11,898 nt of DNA, from contig JBDQPD010000109.1 of assembly GCA_040260805.1 (NCBI GenBank), positions 1 through 11,898 on the forward strand, read 5' to 3'. The position numbers were made by a program, and so were the translations under genes. Of the stretch, positions 1 to 6,779 are shown piece by piece. The stretch's first letter is position 1; each line of letters begins with the position of its first letter. Origin of the DNA: Myxococcota bacterium. Lineage in GTDB: Bacteria; Myxococcota; UBA4151. A model generated the notes under the pieces. That model was given only the letters and a program-made list of their open reading frames with translations. It was not told where the DNA came from and ran no database searches.

Positions 1-420
1 CGAGCCAGCCAGCACCAAGTCAGCAGCTTTCGCCCTCTTAAGCTGCTCAACAACGTCGGCATGCTTACCCCGCTCAGCCCAATGGTGAAGCGCTTCATCG
101 CGCCCATCATGGTGCCCAAGCGCTTCGGGATCAGGAAGCTCATCGAGCTCTTTGGGACCTCGCTTGGCTTTTGCCAAAGCCACAGCCCGCTCGACGGTAG
201 CCTCGAGCCCTGCCGGGTCGATACGCTCCGAGTGGACGATGCCCAAGTGGCCATCCACCAAGGTGCGGACGGTCACGCTGCGGTGTTCAACCGTCTGGTC
301 GAGCACCACCTCACCGCCGCCGTAGCGCAAGTGATGCATGGAGCTGCGCTCAACGGTGACGTCCGTGGGATGAGTCGCCAAGCCGGCGACCGTTTTTGCG
401 ATCTCTTGGTCGTTGATCAT
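1..420 (-). CDS. pmbA: TldE/PmbA-family protein, N-terminal part (runs off the left edge of the window)
   Basis: Not in the ORF track; translated by hand. ATG at 420-418 directly abuts the tldD stop (TAA-ATG) and the frame stays open to position 1: MINDQEIAKTVAGLATHPTDVTVERSSMHHLRYGGGEVVLDQTVEHRSVTVRTLVDGHLGIVHSERIDPAGLEATVERAVALAKA...DLVLAGS. The 'VTVRTLVDGHLG...LEATVERAVALAK' pattern is the PmbA/TldD N-terminal domain, and tldD-tldE adjacency is the usual arrangement. Confidence 0.85.
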   Translation of the reverse strand, partial: MINDQEIAKTVAGLATHPTDVTVERSSMHHLRYGGGEVVLDQTVEHRSVTVRTLVDGHLGIVHSERIDPAGLEATVERAVALAKAKRGPKELDELPDPEALGHHDGRDEALHHWAERGKHADVVEQLKRAKAADLVLAGS

Positions 421-1863
421 TTAAGCGCTCCGGACGCGGATGTTGCGAAAGCGTGCGGGCGCCACGCCGTGACCGACGTGAGCGATTTGCATAGGGTCGC
501 CTTTACCGCAGAAGAACCAGCCCCAGCTCTTCCAAGCTTCGGGACCACAGATCGCATCACAGCTACCCCAGAATTGCGGCGTATTCCCCACGTAGATCGG
601 GTTCCTGTACATCTGCCCTAGGCGACCGCCTTTGATCTCCCAAGCAATCTCACAACCGAACTGAAAGTTGAGTCGCACCTGATCAATCGACCAGGAGCGA
701 TTGTTCGCCAGTAAAAACCCGCCCTCGGTGCTGGCGATCAAATCGTCGAGCGAGCCCGCGGTTCCAGGCTCCAAGTCGACATTCGCCATCCTATCGATCG
801 GATAACCAGCCCAGCCATCTGAGCGCGCCGTGCCTGCGCTTGGAAGGTCCGCTCGGCCTGAGCTAAAGCGTCCGGACAGGTATCCTTTAAACTCGCCGCT
901 TCGCACTAGATCAAAGCGACTAGCCGCCTGACCTTCTTCATCCCAACCATAAGAACCAAGCGCTCCTGGCGTGGTGGGATCGCTGACTAGATTGACCAGC
1001 TCGGAGCCGTAGCGCATGCCCAAGCGCTCTCGCTGAGCAAAGGAGCCACCAGCTAAGCTGATCTCGTCACCAAGCACTCGGTCTAGCTCGAGCGGGTGCC
1101 CGACGCTCTCATGGACTTGCAGGCTCAGCTGAGAGCCATGCAAAATGATCGTCGCCTCGGTATCGGGCATGAGCGGTGCGGTCAGAAGCTGCGAGGCCTC
1201 AGAGGCGACTCGGGGTGCGTTTCCGATCAGATCGAGTCTACGCACCGCCTCAAAGCCTCCTTGCTCGCAACCGCCCTCATGACCTTTGGGGTAGGTTCGG
1301 TTCTGCACCTCACCCGAATCGCTCACAGCGATCGCCTCGATCCCTCCACCGCTGCGCTGGGTGCGCTGATGCATCCGACTGCCCGAGGTGGTGTAGGTCA
1401 GGGTGTCGGTCGCCTCAAAGACCATGCTCCCTTTCGCTTGTCGCACCGCCTGCTCACGCATCATCTCAGCGGTCGCGCCGAGCAACATATCGTATTTTTC
1501 AGCGTCACCCACCGAGGCAGGGTCTTCTTGCATCGGACTCGCCCAGTCGCCCTGAATCGAGCCACGATCGACCAGCCGAGGACCCGCGCCCTCAACGGCG
1601 GCGCGGCGTTTCGCTTGCTCAAAGGCTTGGTCCGCCAATCGCGTGGCGGTGTCTGCGTCGGTCACGACACCTGCTGCGCAGCCCCAGCGGCCATCCACGA
1701 CCGCTCGGACACACACGCCGCGTTCATCGCTCACGCTGTGGGTATCAATGCGTTCACCTTTAGCGGTAATCCACTCGGTCGAGCGCTCCACACGCCGCAC
1801 ATCGCCAAATTCAGCACCAGAATCAGAAAGCCGCTGCACGGCATCGGTCAGGTTTTTGTCCAA
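421..1863 (-). CDS. tldD: TldD-family metalloprotease (catalytic subunit of TldDE)
   Basis: HExxGH metal motif (VHESVGHPLELDRVLG), 'GSYGWDEEG', 'PIDRMANV' and C-terminal 'CGKGDPMQIAHVGHG' with the conserved Cys ligand. TTG start with SD AGAGGAGG 9 nt upstream. Confidence 0.95.
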   Translation of the reverse strand: MDKNLTDAVQRLSDSGAEFGDVRRVERSTEWITAKGERIDTHSVSDERGVCVRAVVDGRWGCAAGVVTDADTATRLADQAFEQAKRRAAVEGAGPRLVDRGSIQGDWASPMQEDPASVGDAEKYDMLLGATAEMMREQAVRQAKGSMVFEATDTLTYTTSGSRMHQRTQRSGGGIEAIAVSDSGEVQNRTYPKGHEGGCEQGGFEAVRRLDLIGNAPRVASEASQLLTAPLMPDTEATIILHGSQLSLQVHESVGHPLELDRVLGDEISLAGGSFAQRERLGMRYGSELVNLVSDPTTPGALGSYGWDEEGQAASRFDLVRSGEFKGYLSGRFSSGRADLPSAGTARSDGWAGYPIDRMANVDLEPGTAGSLDDLIASTEGGFLLANNRSWSIDQVRLNFQFGCEIAWEIKGGRLGQMYRNPIYVGNTPQFWGSCDAICGPEAWKSWGWFFCGKGDPMQIAHVGHGVAPARFRNIRVRSA

Positions 1864-1923
1864 AACACCAACCCTCCTCTAAACTCGCCCTACCATCGGA
1901 AACCGAATGACGCTCGCGCGATC

Positions 1924-1972
1924 TTGACAGCGCGCAATTGAGCGGCGAAGCGTCTGTAGCTCCAAGAGAGGA
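1924..1972 (+). promoter_or_regulatory. Candidate sigma-70 -35 box (TTGACA) and RBS (AGAGGA) for the outer-membrane protein gene, in the divergent intergenic region
   Basis: Exact TTGACA at 1924-1929; only a weak -10 (AAGCGT, 1948-1953, 18-nt spacing); AGAGGA at 1967-1972 ahead of ATG 1979. Confidence 0.4.
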
Positions 1973-1978
1973 AAAGCT

Positions 1979-3352
1979 ATGAATCGTATTTTACTCAAGG
2001 GTGCCTGTTTAGCGGCTGGTGTTGCCCTGTTCGCAACCCCTGCTCAAGCTGACCGGCGCACCAGTCTAGCTGGCAATGACCTGATCCAAGACGCCGATGA
2101 TGTGTTCTTGTTTCCACAGGCTCTGCACACCTACCAAAACCGGCTGACGCTGGATCTGGGGATGGCCGAAGGGTCAGGTGGTGGCTTATTCTCCATGGGC
2201 AACGACACCATGACCTTTGGTGCGGCGATGCACCGTGGTCCCCAAGAGCAACTGATCGTTGGCTGGGGAAGCCCAGACGGTTCCAGCGCTCGTAACCGCG
2301 AGCAAGACGGACAATCAGGATTGGGTCTTGCGCTTCCAGGTGCTGCAGGCGTTGGCGGCGCGCCCGTCGAAAACATCGACTTGCTGTTCGGCATGAAAAT
2401 CTCCGACGCGTTAGGCTTGGGTCTGCGCTTAGGCGTCGGTCGCGGCATGAGTTGGAGCGAAACGGAAGTTCCAGATGGTGACGGCACCCGCACGGACACC
2501 ACCTACGACAATCAGAACGCGATCAACCTGCGTTTGGGCGCTAGCTACAAAAGCGGTTCATTGCACGTCGACAACGCCATCCACGTGGTCGCCCTCTCGG
2601 GTGCCAAAGTCGTCGACGGCAAAAACACGGTGAACGCAAGCGATACGCACTTCGGTTTGTCGACGCGTGGCTACTTGAACATGAGCAAAGGCTTCGACGT
2701 TGGCGCGGTTCTCGGGTTCAACACGGGCAGTGGTTGGGCGGTCAACAACGCAGATCCGGACACCGAGGTCACCAGCGTCTGGACGAATACGAACGTAACG
2801 ATCGGCGCAGGTCCGCGCGTGCAAATTGACGATGGCCCACTGGTCGCCGCTTACGCCGTGATCAATTACAACGCCGCCTTCAACGATCCGGACACGTATC
2901 AAGATTCGACGGATGACACCTCAACCGAGAATGATACCGTCATCCCTGGTCTGCGTATGTCCGCTGAGTACAAGGTCAAGCCCTGGGTCACGACGCGAGT
3001 CGGCATGGAGTATAACTTCACCAACGACGCTGACTATGGCTTCGCTGGAGGCAACTCAGTCAACACCATTGCGTATGCTTCGGACTTTGGCTGGAACGCC
3101 GGTATGGGCTTCAACTTCGACAAACTGCAGATCGACGCCACGCTCAATCACGGAAGTCTATACTTCCTGTGGCAGGATGCACCCTTCGCCATGGTTTCGG
3201 CGACGTACAGCTTTGGTGCGCCTAAAGGTTCGAGCTCACGCCGACCCTCGCGTCGCAGCGAACGCAGCGAACGCATCGACCGTGAAGCGCCGAGTGAGCC
3301 TGCCGAAGAAGCACCGGCAGAAGAACCCGCCGATCGCGACGACGACTTCTAG
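1979..3352 (+). CDS. Outer-membrane beta-barrel protein, putative major porin (PopA/Bdellovibrio major-OMP-like), with C-terminal low-complexity charged tail
   Basis: Sec signal peptide (MNRILLKGACLAAGVALFATPAQA|D), many amphipathic strands (INLRLGASY, FGLSTRGY, VTIGAGPRV, WNAGMGFNF), beta-signal-like 'MVSATYSF' at residue 412, strongly biased codons (AAC, TTC, GGT/GGC, CGT/CGC), good RBS and its own terminator. The family assignment rests on my recollection of the Bdellovibrio major OMP sequence, not on a search. Confidence 0.8.
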   Translation: MNRILLKGACLAAGVALFATPAQADRRTSLAGNDLIQDADDVFLFPQALHTYQNRLTLDLGMAEGSGGGLFSMGNDTMTFGAAMHRGPQEQLIVGWGSPDGSSARNREQDGQSGLGLALPGAAGVGGAPVENIDLLFGMKISDALGLGLRLGVGRGMSWSETEVPDGDGTRTDTTYDNQNAINLRLGASYKSGSLHVDNAIHVVALSGAKVVDGKNTVNASDTHFGLSTRGYLNMSKGFDVGAVLGFNTGSGWAVNNADPDTEVTSVWTNTNVTIGAGPRVQIDDGPLVAAYAVINYNAAFNDPDTYQDSTDDTSTENDTVIPGLRMSAEYKVKPWVTTRVGMEYNFTNDADYGFAGGNSVNTIAYASDFGWNAGMGFNFDKLQIDATLNHGSLYFLWQDAPFAMVSATYSFGAPKGSSSRRPSRRSERSERIDREAPSEPAEEAPAEEPADRDDDF

Positions 3353-3376
3353 TCGATCAGGACACATCAGGTGTTG

Positions 3377-3414
3377 AGAGAACAAGGAGCCGGCCGGCTC
3401 CTTGTTCTCTTTTT
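3377..3414 (+). terminator. Rho-independent terminator (perfect palindrome plus T tract) between convergent genes; possibly bidirectional
   Basis: AGAGAACAAGGAGCCGG|CCGGCTCCTTGTTCTCT (3377-3410) is self-complementary and followed by TTTT. It lies 24 nt after the OMP stop and next to the HAD gene stop. Confidence 0.85.
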
Positions 3415-4114
3415 ACGCCATGCGAAAGTCTGGGATTTTCGTGAACCCATCACGCAGGCTCGCTGGGTTGCGAGGGTCCCAATTCGTATCGAGCAGGATG
3501 TGCTCGGCGTCGGGCCACGCCTCGCGCATGACCAAAAGGTTCTTCGCTTCGTTCTCAAAGGTCGCCACGACGCCTGCGCCGCAATACGCATCGATCTGTG
3601 GAATCACGTCGCCTTTGAAGACGGAGTCATCGGTCTCAAAGTCTGGCTTGAGCACCAGCTGTACGCCGGGTACGCCGACCGGAAACCCATAAGCCCTGAG
3701 GCTATCGCAGGTCCCTGTCCACATTCCGGGTACGTCCCTACCCGTTAGATACACAACGTGTCCGCCGCGCGCTCGGACGGAGCGAACGAAGGCAGGAGCT
3801 CCATCGACCGGCTCGTCGAAATTAATGTACGCATCGGCGAAGAACCTCGAGAACCAAAAGCCCTTAAGGGACTCGAGCCATTGGTCATCCCAGCCCTCAA
3901 TCCGTGCCGCGTTCTCGCCGAGCGAATAGGCTACTCGATGCCGTGAGAGACGCTCGATCGAGCCGACCAGCTGCGGCTGATGACTGTGAGCCCACTCCAA
4001 CATGATCCGCACGGTGCGCGGCCCATTGTCAAAGAGCGTCGAATCCAAATCAAAAACTACTGCGGCGCCGGGCTGATCATCCAACCGTGCGAGAACCCGT
4101 TCCAAGACACTCAT
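3413..4114 (-). CDS. HAD-superfamily phosphatase (class B acid phosphatase / PNKP 3'-phosphatase-like)
   Basis: Motif I 'VVFDLDSTLFD', motif II 'VVYLTGR', Lys in 'DDSVFK', variant motif IV 'ATFENE'. No signal peptide. ATG abuts the upstream kinase stop (TAA-ATG). Confidence 0.88.
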   Translation of the reverse strand: MSVLERVLARLDDQPGAAVVFDLDSTLFDNGPRTVRIMLEWAHSHQPQLVGSIERLSRHRVAYSLGENAARIEGWDDQWLESLKGFWFSRFFADAYINFDEPVDGAPAFVRSVRARGGHVVYLTGRDVPGMWTGTCDSLRAYGFPVGVPGVQLVLKPDFETDDSVFKGDVIPQIDAYCGAGVVATFENEAKNLLVMREAWPDAEHILLDTNWDPRNPASLRDGFTKIPDFRMA

Positions 4115-4750
4115 TTAAGAACTCCATCCTAAAGCATCACGTACCAAAGCGATAACCTGCTCTTCGCCCTGAGGCGTGCGCATGTCCAATGTCTTCAAAT
4201 CGATCGTCAAGAGATTGAGCCCATACTTCTGACGAGCGACGCCCTCGAAGGTGTCGTAGTAAGCCCGCAGGCCGGCGAGAAAGTCCAAGGTAATCCCCAC
4301 CTCTTCCTTGCGGCCTCGAACCTGAATTCGATCCATCGAAGTTTGCTCGTCGCCTTTGAGAAAGATCACCAGATCTGGCTGCCGAACCTTTTGAGTCAGC
4401 CTTCGAAAATACTCGAGGTACAGATCGAGCTCTGAGTCGCTCATATTGCCCAGACCATGAAGATATTTCGCAAAAATCTCCGGGTCTTCAATCAGGCTAC
4501 GATCTTGCACACAAGCCTTCGGCACCGTGTGGATGAGCTCATGATGCTCAATGCGACGAATCAGGAACTCAAGCTGAAGTGTAAACGCCCAGCGCTTCAT
4601 GTCGCCGTAATAGGCAGCTAAAAATCGATTATCGACCACAGGCTCAGCGAAAAGCTCCATGCCGAGATGACGAGACAAAATTTTAGCCGCTGTGGTCTTG
4701 CCGGCGCCAATATTGCCAGCCAAAGCCACGAAAACATCCTTACGATCCAT
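4115..4750 (-). CDS. Deoxynucleoside kinase (dNK family, Dck-like dA/dC type)
   Basis: P-loop GNIGAGKTT, 'EPV', 'YYGDMKRWAFTLQLEFL', 'DRSLIEDPEIF', lid 'RIQVRGRKEE'. Start placed at ATG 4750 (AGAGGG 6 nt upstream); ATG 4765 is an alternative. Confidence 0.93.
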   Translation of the reverse strand: MDRKDVFVALAGNIGAGKTTAAKILSRHLGMELFAEPVVDNRFLAAYYGDMKRWAFTLQLEFLIRRIEHHELIHTVPKACVQDRSLIEDPEIFAKYLHGLGNMSDSELDLYLEYFRRLTQKVRQPDLVIFLKGDEQTSMDRIQVRGRKEEVGITLDFLAGLRAYYDTFEGVARQKYGLNLLTIDLKTLDMRTPQGEEQVIALVRDALGWSS

Positions 4751-4784
4751 GCCAAGCCCTCTCATGAGCTCTCAAACCATCCAT

Positions 4785-6779
4785 TTAGTGCGTCAGGGCG
4801 CTGCGCAAACGCGACGACGCCATGTCCAGCGCCATGACCAAGACCATGATCACCAACACCACCGTCGCCACCTTACCCCAGTCGGCGAGCGCAGCGTATT
4901 CCATCAACAAGCGACCGATCCCACCCCCACCAACCAGACCAAGCACCACCGCGCCGCGCACGTTCAGCTCAAGTCGATACAAGGTGTAGCTGATAAAATA
5001 GGGCACAACCTGGGGAAACATCGCCCAGCGAATGACGGCCAGATGACTTGCGCCCACGCTCTGCAGCGCTTCGACCGGCCCTGAATCAATCTCTTCGATC
5101 GCCTCATAAAATAGCTTCGCCAGCATCCCAACACTGTGCACCGCTAAGGCCAGCGTACCGGCGAGAGGCCCTAGACCAAACGCACCGACAAAGATGATCG
5201 CAACGATCAAGGTGTCCACGGCACGGTCAGCGTTAAGCCCGAAGCGAACAATAAAGCGACCAAGCCCGCTGCTGTTCACGTTCGTCGCTGCGGCGAAGCC
5301 GAGCGGTAAGCTGATGATCAAAGCGACAAAGGTGGCGACCAAGGCGGTCTGCAGCGTCTCAATAGTGGCTTCGATCACGGGCGCTGCGACCGAGGTGTCG
5401 AGATTCGCCATCAGCACGAGTTGATCAAAGAAATCCCCTCGCCCGTTCGGCGTACCGTCAGGATTACCTGTCTGGTCTGACAGCAGACCTTCTAGAATCG
5501 GCCCTGGAAGGAAATCATTCCAAAACGCCGACCAAGCCACCACCACCACCACCATCGCAGCGAAGAGCAGCTGCGAGACCAAGCCAGGGCGTAAGCGCAG
5601 CAAAATGACTGAGAAGATCACAAAGATCAAAATGGCCAGTGAGCTGTAGACCCGCTCGGGTGATTGCCATGTGCTGACGCTGTGCGCGCCTGAGGTTTTC
5701 GAGACCGACTTAACCCCCCGCTTGCGGGCGAGCTCGTCGCAACGATCGCCGCCATGTTCAGCGCACCAAGCCACAGCCATCGGCTCATAAAGGTGAACCA
5801 TCGCCGGAACCATCCGACTGATCGAGTAGGCATTGAGCATGAACTCAAGCCCTGTCTTGTCGCGATGCAAATCAGCGAGGACACAGCCTACTTGCATCGC
5901 CAAGCGCGGGTGCTTTTGCCGAAAAGACTGGCTGACCGCGACCGTATCATTGGGGATCGGGTCCGAATACCAAATAGCTTTGATCTTCTCGCCGTAGATT
6001 CCACCAAAATACTTGTTCCAAGCTCCGGTTCCGGCTTCCGGCGGATCGGTCCAGGTTGCGCCCACATCCACTTGCCCGTTGGCGACCGCTTTGATCACGG
6101 CGGCCGGGGAGCCGCCCATAATCTGCTGCGAGAAGAAGGTCTCTGGGTTGATGGGCTCACCATCGCATGTCGTCGACTGCATCATCAGTCGAGGGATCAA
6201 ATAGCCCGACCCCGATGTCGGCGAAACCCAGGCAACACTCTTGCCTTTCAGGTCGCAAAGACTCTTGATCCCAGCCGCCTCAGCGCGCTCCTTTTGAACC
6301 AATAGCCCCGAGAAATAATGCAGCGCTCCGTAGCGCGAGGCGGTCAGCAGCGGGAGCGCTCCCACCTCATGATAAAGCTGGGCAAATGGGATCGGACCCG
6401 TCCAGCTTAGCTGCACCTGATCGGCGCGCATGGCCGGGAGGATGGCGCGCGTATCGCCCGCTGCCGCCGAGAAGCGAACGCGCCCTGCGACGGGATCTGG
6501 CTCGGTACCTTCTGCTCCGTAACGAGCTTCAAAAAGATCACTGACGACACGCGCAAACCGGACCTCAGCTGGCTCCTGGACTTCTTGCTGGCTCTCAATC
6601 GGGGCGAGCGCAAAGCGGACGTCGAGCTCCCCTTCGCCCGTTGCCTTAGGGAACCACTCGACCATCGCGCAGGGGTGAACCCCGGTGCTGTCCAAGACTT
6701 TAGAGGCAGGCACCATCCGCTCTTGCGCTTCGGCGGCTTGAGCAAGGAGCCCAAGCGTGAGGATAAGAAAAATCCTCAC
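4785..6779 (-). CDS. phnE: Fused phosphonate/phosphite-type ABC transporter substrate-binding protein (PhnD-like) and permease (PhnE-like)
   Basis: Likely start GTG 6779 overlapping the phnC stop (GTGA), giving signal peptide MRIFLILTLGLLAQAAEA|Q (664 aa). PhnD-like motifs 'DLKGKSVAWVSPTSGSGYLIP', 'AVANGQVDVGA', 'IWYSDPIPND'. Then two hydrophobic helices and a PhnE core: 'ETLQTALVAT', 'GLGPLAGTLAL', 'GMLAKLFYEAIEEIDSGPVEALQSVGA' (EAA loop), 'LYRLELNVR', 'LGLVGGGGIG'. Confidence 0.92.
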   Translation of the reverse strand: MRIFLILTLGLLAQAAEAQERMVPASKVLDSTGVHPCAMVEWFPKATGEGELDVRFALAPIESQQEVQEPAEVRFARVVSDLFEARYGAEGTEPDPVAGRVRFSAAAGDTRAILPAMRADQVQLSWTGPIPFAQLYHEVGALPLLTASRYGALHYFSGLLVQKERAEAAGIKSLCDLKGKSVAWVSPTSGSGYLIPRLMMQSTTCDGEPINPETFFSQQIMGGSPAAVIKAVANGQVDVGATWTDPPEAGTGAWNKYFGGIYGEKIKAIWYSDPIPNDTVAVSQSFRQKHPRLAMQVGCVLADLHRDKTGLEFMLNAYSISRMVPAMVHLYEPMAVAWCAEHGGDRCDELARKRGVKSVSKTSGAHSVSTWQSPERVYSSLAILIFVIFSVILLRLRPGLVSQLLFAAMVVVVVAWSAFWNDFLPGPILEGLLSDQTGNPDGTPNGRGDFFDQLVLMANLDTSVAAPVIEATIETLQTALVATFVALIISLPLGFAAATNVNSSGLGRFIVRFGLNADRAVDTLIVAIIFVGAFGLGPLAGTLALAVHSVGMLAKLFYEAIEEIDSGPVEALQSVGASHLAVIRWAMFPQVVPYFISYTLYRLELNVRGAVVLGLVGGGGIGRLLMEYAALADWGKVATVVLVIMVLVMALDMASSRLRSALTH

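Noticed and set aside
1894..1935. Short imperfect inverted repeats in the divergent promoter region (CATCGG-AAA-CCGAATG; GCGCG-N10-CGCGC)
   Set aside because: Arms of 5-6 bp in GC-rich DNA are expected by chance; not enough to call an operator or RNA element.
61..1941. Plus-strand ORFs 61-621, 1096-1941, 1176-1763, 1643-1882
   Set aside because: Antisense shadows of tldE/tldD, expected in GC-rich DNA; no recognisable motifs.
3367..3946. Small ORFs 3367-3591, 3371-3748, 3402-3692, 3758-3946
   Set aside because: They overlap the terminator and the well-supported HAD gene, with no coding signal of their own.
5538..5552. (CAC)5 simple repeat as a phase-variation tract
   Set aside because: Trinucleotide repeat encoding VVVVV in a membrane helix; slippage would not shift the frame.
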